Source: Schmidtea polychroa
Lineage: Eukaryota
DNA length: 64,000 nucleotides
Direction of reading: 5' to 3'
Assembly: GCA_044892525.1 (NCBI GenBank)
Contig: CM097885.1
Coordinates: 12,278,001 to 12,342,000 of the forward strand
The stretch's first letter is position 1. Every line of letters begins with the position of its first letter. A program made the position numbers and the translations under genes. Below are positions 29,455 through 50,270 of the stretch, in pieces. The notes below the pieces were generated by a model. That model was not told the DNA's origin. It saw only the letters and a program-made list of their open reading frames with translations, and made no database searches.

Positions 29455-32400
29455 TATAATTATAATAATAATAATAATAATAATAATTATAATAATAATA
29501 ATAAATAATAAAATAATAATAATAATAATAATAAATAAATATTAATAATATTATATTTACCTATAGCGTTGATTTTGTATTTCCCTTCGCATAATTTCAT
29601 TCAAATAAGCAGCTCTTAGTTCTCCTTGATGATTAATTTCGCAGCGAATATTTGCTAATTCTTCTTCTTCCATAACTTCAAGCAAAGCTTGTTCAATGGT
29701 TTTCGTAACTAATACTTCAATTATTGGTTTCACTTCAATATCAAAAAAGAACACCTGAAAATAATATTATTTTCTCTCTTAACGTTCTCTTGATTAAAAC
29801 AATATTGTTTTTAATTGTTTCATTAAAATGTTAAAAAATAGTTGAAGTAAACTCTACTGTTAACTAATAATAATTGTTTTTATTTCTTTTACAATAACTC
29901 AGCCGATATAATGTGAATTTTTACAGGGATTTTTGTTTTTCTGTTTAATTATTTAGATTTTGATAAATCATCAGATCCTTTAGAAATAAACTTGCCTAGG
30001 GTGAAATATAAACCTTTACATGAGCCTTAATGAACACATCAAAAATAAACTAGTAAATACCATGAACGTATGAAAAAGGGAGTCTCATCTTTATGCTAGA
30101 AAAAAAATATCATATTATCTAAGAATTATTCAAAATTTCCTTTCTACCAGGCAATAAATTTTCGCAGTATTTAATGTAGAGACATACAATTAACTTAACA
30201 AATAATTTATTGTTATTAACATTGTCGAAGAACTTGAACATCACTAGAGATATCATTGTGAATACGATGAAGGTTTCTGTTTCCTGTATTTCTGACATAT
30301 TTGATCCATTGATTTTGACTCGATTTGATGATTCTTCAACTTCTTCTACTTGTTCGACTTCAGTGACAACTTCAGTTACTTCGTTAGACATGTTTGAATT
30401 TGATGATGATTTTTGATAAAGTGAAAAGAAAAAGATTATTTAAACAATGTTTTTAATTTTTTATTTTAATTTAATTTATTTAATAATATATTTTTATAAG
30501 ATAACCCCAATCAAACATTCTTTTCGCGATATATTTCGACAGTTTTCCTGTCATCATCAGGTGGGATATAATAACTCATTAAATTAAGAATTTTAAACAA
30601 ATATATTAATTATATATAAAAATTTTTTTTATTTTATAAAAACATTTAATTATTTTTAAAAAAATTATACTTAAATTAATATATTATTTTTTTTAAATTT
30701 TAGCATTTAAAATTTAATTTATTAATTTAAAATTTTTTTATTAATTATTCAATTTAATACAATAATCAATACATACAATATAAAAAAACATATTTTAATA
30801 CTTATTTAAAAACACTCAAAACACAAGTATTTACTCATTCTGCACATTAATTTTCGGATTTAATGATTTTATCAACAACGCCTCACAAATCACACATTTT
30901 TAGTTCAATTATTAAATTGATAAAAGAGCTAGTCAGAGGCACTACATTTAATAATTTTAAAATAATTAATTTTATAAATATATTTAATTTTATAATATAT
31001 CTGTTAGGGATATTATATAATTAAGGAAATAAAATATTACTAAAGATAGATATAAATTTAAAATAGAAATAAATTAAATAATAAAAATAGAAATACAACT
31101 GGAAAAATTACTAAAATTAGAAATAGCCTATGTTTGGTAATTGTAGGATGAATTAACCCCATAAATAGTATTTTTACAATTACTAAAAATAGAAAACTTG
31201 TTTAAATTATAATAAAAAAGCGCGTTCAAAATTATTAAAAGGGAGAAATAAAAACTGAGCAATTCAGGAAATAGTAAAAAGTACTTTGGTGTTGTAAGAA
31301 AAGAAATTGATTGGAGCAGATTAATACTCAAACCGAGAAAATTAGAGCAGTTGTTGAAACAGGCGATTAAAAGGCACAGCTGTTGTTTAAAGGGAAAATT
31401 TACTATAAATTCCCAAGTAGAATTGTCAGAAAGCAGAGTTGAAAGAGACCAGACATTTGAGTTTTCAGGAGATTTGCGGTTGAAGAAAGTGATCATTAAT
31501 TAGGTGAATTTACAAAAGCTTTGATACTTTAAAGGATAAATCAGTATCCTGTGTTTTTTTAAAGCGAATACAAAGTAGAGAGAGAACCGTACTTTGGTAT
31601 TCCCTAGGCGCACCAAGCTAATTACCCTTTTACTTACCCATCTTATAAAATTATAAAATCCGTATCTTATTTGTTCTGTTTATTTGATCACATTGTGTAA
31701 ATTTATTTTGTAAATTATAAATAAAAGTAATTTTAAAAGTGAAGTTGTTTTTTTTTATTTGCATACTATATACACGCAACCGCACGAAGTATTTATTATT
31801 TACTTTATTAATATTATAATTTATTGGAGTCAACTGTGTTAAGATTAGCAACCCCATCTTTTTGATCTTAAGATTTTGGTGTGCCCGACGTGATCTAATT
31901 TTCGGGGGAATAAAATATTATTTATAAAAGGCAATTTTCTTTTTAAATCATTGAGTTAAGAAATAGGAGAGTAATAAATAATGTTAATATGCCAGTAGCT
32001 CAACCACCAGCGGTAGATTTTATGAGATATCCAGCTATACCGATTAAAACATTTAGTGGGAACCCAGAGGAGTTTCAAGAATTTATGTCCGAATATTTCC
32101 AGTTATCCAGAGCATTAGGATTCCATGAACCAGTAATAATTTTAAGATTACCTTCATATTAAAGGGATGGTCGAGAAAGATATAATGATGTTATAATAGC
32201 TGAGAATACAGTTGAATAGAATGTAGTTGGATTAGCGCTACAAAATAGAATATTACCAGGTGATGCAACCATAGTACTTAGACAACAGTTTTATAATAGA
32301 CGACAAAATTTGGGTGAGCATGTTGGGGAACTTTGCGGAAAGAGCTTTTGGTTATAGAGCAGCCTGGAATGATGCAACGAAAAAGGTAAAAGACCAGTTT

Positions 32401-35387
32401 TGGTCAGGGTTATCGTCCGCAATGAGAATTGCACTCAGTTTACATATAGGGGATGATTTAGAGAAATTAACCGGTAAAGCATGTTTAATTTAGAGTAATA
32501 TAGAAAAGTCAAATAATTTCGCAATTAGTAGCAATAAATCCGACATTGAGCGTTTATTATTGTCATAAAATGGGTCATATATCAAAGGACTGTAAGATTA
32601 GGAATAATTCACCAGGGGACAAATCATGTACCAGATGTGGGAGAAATAATCATGTGGCAGCAAATTGTAGAATTTCGGACTTAAATTCAGATCATAAATT
32701 GACATATTTACAACAGCTTGAATTAGAGATTCAAGAAGAGAAATAGTTTAGCAAGCCTAACGACAAATGAAATTGATGGGTACGGCGAAGATGAAGCCGA
32801 AATTTACATGCTGCAGACAAAAATGGCGAAATAAAGATAACTGTGAACGAATAAATAATGTAACAGAACTCGAAGTATTGATGCTTCAAGAGAGTCCACA
32901 GGAGGACAAAGAACAAAAGACTATGGTCGTAGAACCAGAGGCTTGTGAGGGTTTACCGGTTTCACCCAGTAAAAATCGAGTGGCTATGGTCACAGAGCCA
33001 GAGGCCAATAGAGAAATAGAAGGTTTACCGGCTTCACTTAGTAAAAATAGTAAAGCTATGGACTTAGATCCAGTGGCTAAGAGAATTGATTCAATAGAGA
33101 TTTTAGAAAAACGATGGACTTCGGTCAATGAACCGGAAGTTCTAATAGCCACATGATCCATGAGAGGTGATGGTGGTAGCGAACCAAGAATGCGTAGAGA
33201 AGCATTGAAAGAGGAAGAAAATCCCATCAATGACTGTAAAATGATATTACGACACAAGTGCGTATGGCAAAAGGAAGTAAGACAGAAGCTGGAAAATATC
33301 CGTTTAAACCCCGTTAATGAGAATGAGGTTGATAAAATAATGGACATAAAATTGAAGTTAGACAGAAATGATGAATATCATCCAGTATTAAGAGAAATTC
33401 TTCAAAAACATCAGATTAAATTGGAACCGAAAAGAGAATCAGGAGGATTCTATAGTCTTCGTATCTCTCCCAAGGGGTTGTTTTTGTAGATAACTATTAC
33501 CTGGGAGGACCGATATCAGACAATGGTTTTTTTCATGGTAGAAAGAAAGTGAGAAGTTCTAATGATGTAAGCTATGTTGTAACAGTCGAGGATTACACAG
33601 TAGAGCTGATATAATATGAAGGAACCTTTGTAGTATCTACGGGGAAAATGATGTCTCATTCGGAATGCAATGTAAATTTTGGTTATTGTAAAACCAGTTC
33701 GGCAGTATTGACTTACTAATCCAGATTTAGTAATGCCAATGTTAACAGAGGAATTTTGGGGCAATTACCAAATTACCAAATTACCAAATACAACTAATGT
33801 ACGTTAGAGCTTCTAGTAAAATATAAAGGCAAGTTGAGATTCATGATACCAGTATCGCATCAGTTAATATATGAGGATGCATCACCATTTAAGACAATTT
33901 GCAATCCAGCAATGTCACCATTATACAAAATTAACAAAGTATGGATTTCACTGGCTGACAGAAAGCCACCTTCGAAACCAGTAGAAATGCTTCAAGCTAC
34001 AAAACTAGAAACTAAAATGGAGTTCCGACCGTTAAATGAGATGTCAAATGGAGGAGTATATACTCCGGAAGATATTGAAGAAGCTCGGAGAGCAATAGTA
34101 TTTCCTCAAATCAGAGATAGGGGAGTGACAGAAATATTAACCAGAATTTACCAATCATATGACGGAAAACCGGACTACAACTTATTATTTAAATCGGAAT
34201 ATTACAAGCAAGCTGCATCAAATTCAATACGGAAAACCTGGGGTAGATTTACAAGTTTTGGCATTTTATTAACAGGATGTTCACGTATATACGCAATAGT
34301 GATGATATTGAAAATAATAATATCGCAATTATTTTCCACGTATAGTATCTTCAAGATCGGGGATGGTCTTGGAAGTTGCTACTGGGAATGTGTCCAGTTT
34401 GTGCAAACTTCGCAGTATTTCATCATCATAATAAATAGATTAAGAAAATGAAGAGGCCAAATGTAACGAAGCATGAATTAATAAAGTATGAATATAGCTA
34501 TCGAGACAATGACAATTCTGATGAGAGAGGTGACCTTGAGAGCTAGGAGACCTCAGATAATACCTCAACAAAACCACACAACAAAAAACCGAAATTTCAA
34601 AATTTTGAAACTATGGCCTGTGAATTATTTGTCACCATATGAGGTTAGAAAAAAGATAATACCAGAAAAAGTAGAAGAGGAAATGTTAAAGCGTCTCGAT
34701 TTTTGAAGTGTTTCGTCGCTGGAAACGTTTGGTAAACCCTGAATTACATCATTAAAATTAAAGTACGAGGCTAGGTTCAGGGGAACACACTCAACTCTTC
34801 TCGCATTGCCTTGGATAGAACAGAAAATATAATGAAACACGGGAAAGAGCATACTTTATAGAATTTAAAATAAAGGTAGAAACTCGTGAATCATCTCTTA
34901 AGTATTTATTATACATTAATAGAATGCTTACGTCTCCTTCATAAACTTGGGTTGATACATCAACTCCGGATTTGGCGGGAATGAATAAAGGAGTTGAAGG
35001 ACGATTCAGAAAGTTATCCGTCTGTGTACATTTATCTATTAATTCAATTTTATCCACTAATTCTTCCAAATACAAATCGGTTTGAACTTCTTCATGCAGT
35101 CTACCGGCAACTGGCGGAAGATCAGGTGGTAAATAACCGCCTTTGAACGCTTTTGTACGAGGAATTTTCTTTAAAGGTCTCAAGTATTCTGTATTTTTAC
35201 ACTGCACTGTCGTAAGCTCATTGATTCTTTTATCTCTGATTCAATGAAAAGTCATAACATATCTATCTAACCCTTACTCAATGAATTCTTTGTCTTTATA
35301 CGGTTTCCATTTGTCAGAACAAACGGTTGGGAAACTTTCAAATACAAATGTTCCCCCAACAGTTTCATTCTTTCTCAAACCAGGCAT
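26875..35387 (-). CDS. RSPH3: Radial spoke head protein 3 (5 exons)
   Basis: Exons 35387-35278, 35235-34932, 29754-29561, 29365-29193, 27014-26875 join in frame. Motifs VQTDLYLEEL, RPSTPLFIPAKSGVDVSTQ, FDIEVKPIIEVLVTKTIEQALLEVMEEEEL, NGYFRDPVE. Confidence 0.92.
28116..28673 (+). pseudogene. Degenerate 28S rRNA fragment inside RSPH3 intron 4
   Basis: Matches conserved LSU blocks ccgcagcaggtctccaa, aacaatgtaggtaagggaagt, aggattggctct, agttctcttttcttt, gccttgaaaatc, with substitutions. No flanking rDNA. Confidence 0.9.
29392..29545. repeat. (AAT)n microsatellite, intronic
   Basis: Read directly. Confidence 0.95.
30100..30930 (-). mobile_element. Penelope-like retroelement remnant (GIY-YIG C-terminus plus pLTR region)
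   Basis: Minus strand ~30835-30895 reads ICEALLIKSLNPKINVQNE, like the GIY-YIG end of PLE ORFs, followed by a hammerhead-like motif. Confidence 0.65.
30524..30566 (-). ncRNA. Minimal type I hammerhead-ribozyme-like motif, degenerate stem I
   Basis: CUGAUGA-U-[GACAG gaaaa CUGUC]-GAAA-UAUA-UC on the minus strand. Confidence 0.55.
31002..34860 (+). mobile_element. Internally deleted LTR retrotransposon: 5' LTR, PBS-Trp, gag, accessory ORFs, env-like
   Basis: Putative LTR 31002-31873; PBS tggtgtgcccgacgtgat at 31877; decayed gag with two CCHC-type knuckles (32546-32746); no pol detected; glycoprotein-like ORF downstream. Confidence 0.8.
33490..34451 (+). pseudogene. Chuvirus-like envelope glycoprotein remnant
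   Basis: ELLVKYKGKLRFMIPVSHQL..CNPAMSPLYKINKVW..GGVYTPEDIEEARRAIVFP..WGRFTSFG plus a hydrophobic tail follows the chuviral G pattern as I recall it. Recognised by eye. Confidence 0.7.
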
Positions 35388-35909
35388 TATTAAGTAATTT
35401 TGTATCAATATTAATTATTAAAATTTATAATTTATATTGAATAATATTTATCCACATGCTATTTCATTCGTATTTTATTATACTACTCGACTTCATATCT
35501 TCCACACAACCAACTCAATCTAAGAATAATTCCAAAAGAAGGAATACTTTTTTATGGGGATAGTTCCTTATCAATTTATGATTCAATATGGTATTTGAGT
35601 ATTGCTGGTATTTATGATCTGATTCAATCTTAAGAATACCAACACTGCCATTTTGACCCAGTGCCTTCGAGTTTGGCGATCATTTTTCCGGCTCGAGCTA
35701 ACAAAATAAATCCTCAGCTCGGATCAGTTAATTAATTGAAATTTATGGTAAACTGAAGTATCCCCCCCCCCAAATTGATAAATAATTTAAATTACAACTA
35801 AAGACTATAGAATTCTAATTTTTATTCACAAAACATTCTTCATTTAATTAAAATAAGACCCTTACGACCAATACCCATAGAGGGTAAAAACATGCTGTCG
35901 GAAAAACTC

Positions 35910-36009
<100 letters not shown>

Positions 36010-37454
36010 TAATTTGTCTTATATTTTTAAAGTAAGCCATAAACTAAACATATATTAGATGGATGTGACCACCAAGAATCTATGTCTAAGTGACCTTAAT
36101 TCGAATTTGAGACAGTTGACACAACAGACAGTGCAGTTATCTGGAGACTAGTAGTTTGTATAATGTATCAAAACTTAGTCAGACTAGCACTTATTTGTGG
36201 CGAAAATCAGTAGTTGAACCACTTGGAAATCAAATATTATGACTAAGTAACACGAGTGTTATAATTAATAAAAACAAGAATAACGCTGAATTCGTCGCCG
36301 AGAATGTTAATTTTTTCGTTAGGACCTTGTTCATTGATCCATAGTCAGCGTGTCAATGGAGAGTACTTGAATTGGCTTTGACTCAGGAAGTGGAGAACAG
36401 GAGGAAGATAGTCTCGGAGATCTTCTACAGGATCAACAGACCCGCGTGTAATAAATAAATACATATGTGCTTGCTAACTCTTCTAGCGATTTTTTGGCTA
36501 AATTCTAGGTCAGACGCCGATTGATCAAGTTTACTCTTCGTAGATCCATGTCTTGGAAATCGATTTTCCTCTTCAATTTTTCTATTTCTTGTTGGACCTC
36601 TTTTATATGGTCTGATCGGAATCAGTACCATCCATATTGTAATGATATTCTTAGAGGTCATTGTATTTTCCTCATCTGTAATCTTTATCCAACAAGCATC
36701 CTACAATTAAGAAAACTTTCATTAAGCTAAAATTCTTATTATTATTTACATATGAAATCAAACTAATAAAAACGAATAAAATCCTAAAAATAATTCATAA
36801 TTAAAATTTTCCAATCTATGAAATTCTTGAATTAATAAAATTCTTAAAATCATTTACATAAGATTCTTAAGATAATTTACATAAAGGAAAGTTTCAAGAA
36901 ATCTTAAGAATTTTTACGATATACCCTTTGAGTAAGTCATTTAAAAACCAGTAAATATCCATGAAATGAATTTTACAAAAATTCAGTTTGTTTGTCTCCA
37001 TCATCGCATAGACAATAAAGCTAAAAATATTCAAATTTAAGTAAAATATTTTTCAATTTTATTTCTAATTTTTATATTTCCAATTTTAGGAGAATAATTT
37101 CGGGAGAGACTTCTACAAGAAGAAAATACTTATAAAAAAATGAAAGAAATCGAAGAAATAAAATCTTTAATAAGAGATAATATCATCAAACTTGTACTAG
37201 TTTTTTATAGCAATATCTAAAAAAGATGTTTTAATAAAAAAATAGAATAATTCACAATCAGATAGCTCAATGGGAATAGAATAGCATAGGGGTTGAAATG
37301 TACTGAGGTTCAAATTCAAAATGAATTTAGTTTCTTTTTCATAAAAAATAATATTTTAAAAAAATATATAAATAAATATAATACTTTTAGTTTAAAGTAG
37401 AATATTTATTTTTGAGAAATTTATTAAATCATAGCCCACATAGCTCAGTGGGAA

Positions 37455-38130
37455 ATTTGTAATGAATACTTGTATTATCAAATTGAACTTGAAGATATAA
37501 AAGATAATGAAGATATAACTTTGGAAAATAATCTTTTTCCAAACTTGTTTTCAAGTATGAAATTACAAATTGCATCTTATGATATTGAAACATTTGATAA
37601 TCCTAGAGTATATTCTACAATGTTAAATTTAATTTTAACAGGACAAGATTACAAAAAACAATATGGGTAAATAATTGGACGGATTCATGATACAGAAAAT
37701 GGTGATAATGATGTAAGGGGTGCCTATGCAAATACAGGATATGTAGCAAGAAAAGAACTCTACAACAAAACAAAGAAATTTGAAGGATTTTTTGAATTAA
37801 AATACTTATTTGGATTTTTACAGGATTATAATAGAATCATTCATGATATAAAAATTGAATTAATCTGTTGAGAGATGTAAATGACAAAAATTATTTTATG
37901 GAGCAGCCAATACTGAAGCAAAATTAAAATTAAAAACTTTGGAATTTCATATTTCATATGGAGTTTGAATCCTAGAGCAGAAATAAAAATAATAGAAAGA
38001 TTAAACACCAACAATTCTATAAATGTAAAATATTTGAATAGAAAATGTACAGTACTTGATTTAGGAGTTGGATCAAGCCATACAATAAATTTGGCAACTT
38101 TAGCTTATAGACCTCAATATATTATAATAG
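37455..38130 (+). pseudogene. Polinton/Maverick-type double jelly-roll major capsid protein fragment
   Basis: Broken frame reads NNLFPNLFSSMKLQI..IE..NP..STM..NTGYVARK..LKYLFGFLQDYNRII..RPQYIII; truncated by the LTR at 38131. Confidence 0.65.
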
Positions 38131-41100
38131 TGTTGAGGATACCAAAATAACAATTTATAAAGAAGTAAATAAAATTACCTGGTGGAAGATCGCCATGACA
38201 AACGGGACGATCTATAGAAACTCAGAAAAGAAAACGGAAATGAAAAGAAATTAAAAATGAGAAAGAGAAAGGAAATAAAAGTTATCAAACAGGAAAATAA
38301 AAATCAAGGTCAGTACTAATTAATTAGTAAAGAAAGGAAAAGGAATTTTGAAATTGGGGGAAAAGGAAAACAACAATATCCTTATCTCGACAGCTTGCCA
38401 GTGATAATAGAATTGATGGGATAAGACGATCAAACAAAAAAGGGAAAAGGAAAAACTACTTGACAGCTGTCAGAGATAAAAATGGGACAGTCGGGAAAAG
38501 TAGGAGAAGGAAAATGGAAAAACACTTGATTATCTGGATTGTCACAAGAGAAGCGAACTATATAAGGGAAAACTGGTGAACATGAAAGGGGAACAAAATT
38601 AGAAGAAAAATTGGAGATAAAGTGACGCGAAATTGAAAACGATTTGGAAGACGATTTGAGAGACAATTTGAGAAATAAAATTATTGGAGAAAAGTAGACG
38701 TTGGACGAAACGTTGTTGGACAAACGATTGTCAAAAATAATTGTAAAGGAAATAATTGTGGAAGATAATTATTGGAGAAGAGTTGAAGAAAACAATTAGT
38801 TGAATAATAAAACGAAAAGAAGTTATTGATTATTTGAATAAAGTTTGGAAGAAAGTCAAAGAAAACAACCAGCTCAAAATCCCAGTTTAGAAACCAATCA
38901 GTAATTTGTGATCTTTTAATCCGGTGTTATACAAAAGTGCTATTCCTCACCGAGTGTTGCAATAAGCATTGCATAGTAACCGAGCAGAGGTTAAATTTAT
39001 TGTCAGTGTGAAAAAAAGTGTATTTGTGATTATCAATAAAGATTTCTGTTGTCAAGTGTTATTTTTGAATTATATAAAGACACGCTTGGAGTCAGAGTAA
39101 CATTTAAAATAACCACCAACTCAATAACCCAACATATTTTGGTGAGCCCGACGTGATCAAAAGTTGGTGAAGAGATTGTTGAAAAGGAAAATTGTGAAAA
39201 TAAAGTGTGTGAATTGAAATTATAAAAGTGATTTCGGAAAGGCAAATTGTTTATTGTAATAATAATTAGATTTAGATTTTGTGAAATTTGAAAACGAAAA
39301 AATTTATTAAAGTTAACCGATATTATTTACGAAGCCAGAGTAAAAAGGAAGCTATAATGAGCAGTGAAGATTTACCAGTTTCAGTTATTAAAGAAAATAA
39401 TGATTTTGCCAGTTGTCAAAGATTGCCAATAGAACAATATGGAGGAGATCGAATTATTTTTGTTGATTTTATGAGAGATTACTATATGTATGCAACGGCT
39501 TATGGATGGTCTCAAGCAATCATGATTCAAAGATTACCCTTATATCTTAAAGGAGCAGCTAAAGAGGTTTGGCAACTAATAGACACGAAAAAAATCGACA
39601 ATTATTGGGCCAAATTAAAAGATGCATTGGTTGCTAAACCTATTGGAGGAGATATAAAGAGATTAATGCGTCAGAAATTTTATAATAGAGTTCAAAATCC
39701 AAATGAAACAATGAGCGAATTTGCATATCATTTATCGACCCTTGCCAGCAAATCCTTTGAAGAAGATTCGAAACAACCAGGATTAGCCCAACAGATGCAG
39801 GAACTGATTCAAGATCAATTTTTGTCAGGAGTAAATAAAGAGATAAAAACGGCATTATGTTTTGTAGAGTATGACAATTTCGATGAACTAGTTAAAAAGG
39901 CAATGAAAATCGAATTGAATCTAAAGAGCTCTAAAATAAATCCGAGGTATTTGCAATAATTCCAGTACAAAGAGAGAGATCAGTAACCCCAACCCAAGAC
40001 AATTGGGAATCAGGAAATAGATTTCAACGATCAAAGAGCCCATCACCTAAATGGAGAAACGATAATAATATGAACAGAGCAAGCCAAAATTCACCCGGCG
40101 CTGAGAGAACTAAAGTTATTCAGTGTGATATTTGTAAGAAAATTGGCCATTATACAAATCAATGTTGGTTTAAAAATAATTCTGAAAGAGTACCCAGTAG
40201 ATTCAGTCCAGATTGGCAAAGAGATAATAGAGGAACGAATTCTCGGAGAGCAATTCCTAATGTGAAGTCAAATTTTAATGAGGTACAATGTTATCGCTGT
40301 GGTAGAAAAGGACATGTTTCTAGAAATTGTTTTTCAAGATCAAGATCACCATCAATGTCACCATCACCACAAAGAGATAATGTGAATTTAAATGGACAAA
40401 TTCAATGTCATTTATGCAGAAATTACGGGCATATTGCAAGATCTTGTCCCAGGAATTCCGATAAATTTCAAAGACCGATTTTGAAACGAACAATTAGATT
40501 TCAGGATGAAATCCAATCAAAGAATAACGTTGCTTATGTTCAGAAAGATAAATTTAGAGAAAAAATTGAGAACGATGTCAAACAATTGAATCAAAAATTG
40601 AATAAATTGATGGCGAAATTTGAATCAGATGAAGAAACAGATTCTCATATGATGACAAGACGAAAATTGAAGACAGATGAATCCAAACTTGATGATGTTA
40701 CAAGAAACAGAGTTAAAACAGATATGCAAAGTGAAAAGAGTACAATACATTGCTAAGGCCAGAAAATTAGTAACAGAACCTGATGCAAACTCTGAAAAAT
40801 TGACAGAAGTGTTGATGAAGCTAACGGAAATACCGTTGAGTTTAACCAAAATTAAAACTGTTATTAAACTTTGTACGGAATGTTATGCAGCAAGTGTGGA
40901 AAAGCGAGATGTATTTGAAAAGTATATGAAAGAATTTGGCCAAAATCTACGAAAATTCAAATGGTTAGACCCGATATTTATTAAAACAAATACATCAGAC
41001 GGCACCAAATCCGAGTATCAAATTGAAGCATACGGAAAAACACCCGAGCTAAAAAGAGAAATAATGCACAAATGTGAAGTTTGGGCAGTAGAACTTAGAT

Positions 41101-41663
41101 TTATGAATCGGGTGTTGGAAGACGACGAATTTTGAATAGATTGTGGATTGATCCCCGGCGTTGAAAATGAGATACAAATAGTGAGCATGATGGCGAATGA
41201 AAAACCAGTTAAATATGATGTCGATAAAATTAAATTTGAATTAAATGAAGCATTGATCAAGGGGGATACAAGTGATATTAGTGATAAATTAAATGATATT
41301 TTGAATTTAGAATATAAAGTGGAAGATAAATTAAAAATTTTAGATTGTGTCAGACCCTATGTAAATTATGATAATGAATATAGTGAAATGATAAAAAAGC
41401 TTATTCGTAAATTTGAACAAGAATTTAGAAAAAAAGGAGTTTATATTGAGCCATTCGTAATAATGTTAAAAATAAATGATCAAGAAGTGGAATGTACCAA
41501 CGAGCATTGGTGTACGAAAGTGAGTAAAATACGACGGAGAGCAGCAGAAATTATGGGCAATGATGGAATAATTGTATTGACATACAAAGGTTTTGAGTTA
41601 GATGATGATGAGTATTTAGTCGAGACATCCTTAATTGTCCCACGCCTAAACAATAACAATTAA
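38131..41663 (+). mobile_element. 5' part of LTR retrotransposon: ~1 kb LTR, PBS-Trp, gag with three CCHC knuckles, accessory ORFs
   Basis: LTR TGTTG...CAACA 38131-39134; PBS tggtgagcccgacgtgat 39140-39157; capsid-like ORF 39288-39959 (LPLYLKGAAK, FYNRVQNPNETMSEF); three CX2CX4HX4C in 40070-40756. Confidence 0.88.
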
Positions 41664-41936
41664 TATTAATTTGAATTCGTTATTATTACCAACCGAACCA
41701 CACCTTGGAGTGAGATCAATAATTGTTAATTTCATATTTCACCGGCAATCCTAACATATAAATTACACAAAAGCAAAACCCAAGTCCTAATGGTAATAAT
41801 ATATTTAATAAACATCAATGCTAGAGGAAATGAATAGAGAGATGCAATCAATACCAAATTTATATATTTATCCAATAAAAACACTCATAATTTTCCTCCC
41901 GTCCAATCAAAAATCGAAATCATGAAAAACAGGAAA

Positions 41937-49619
<7,683 letters not shown>

Positions 49620-49706
49620 GATTTAAAATTGTTGTTGATTATTATTAAGTGTGAATTTATTAATAAATATTTCTACAGTTGTAATTTTGAATTTTTAAAT
49701 TTTATC

Positions 49707-49721
49707 GTTGCCATTAGAAAT
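49707..49721. promoter_or_regulatory. Possible RFX X-box upstream of CCDC65
   Basis: gttgccattagaaat has one good half-site (GTTGCC), ~90 bp from the ATG of a ciliary gene. Confidence 0.35.
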
Positions 49722-50270
49722 GAAATAAAACACCAATAATTAAAAGTAGTTCTAATTTATGCTATATATTATATCGTAAAATAAAGTTTATTATTAAAGA
49801 AATAATTTAGCAAAATATTATTAAAATCTCCTTTTATTCAAATTAAAAAGCATTTAAAAATTTTTAAGAATATTTTTTATTATAAAAAAAATTTTTCATT
49901 TTAAAACTACATGTATTATGTTAATGCACCAGAAAAAATATCGTACCACATTAAGTGATGTACCATATGCAGAGAGTGAACTTTTGTTATCTAAGAATTA
50001 CTTTGCCGTTCTTTGTACCATATGAAGCACTGTACCATAGAATTAGAGTTGACTATAGTTTATTTAGTATACCAACCTTTAATTATAAATTATATTATTT
50101 AAAAGCTGTGAATTGACCGAAAATTATTGTTATTACAGTTAACTTGAGTGTTAAATAGAGAGTAAAATAAATACAAATTTAGCATTGAAATAGAGATCAA
50201 TAAAAATTTTACGGAAAAAGGCAGATCAAAAGGAATTGGAAACAAAGGACTTTACAAGGATCCTCTAGTG

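Noticed and set aside
36050..36730. Coding-like patch with short ORFs
   Set aside because: Probably decayed TE, but no assignable motif.
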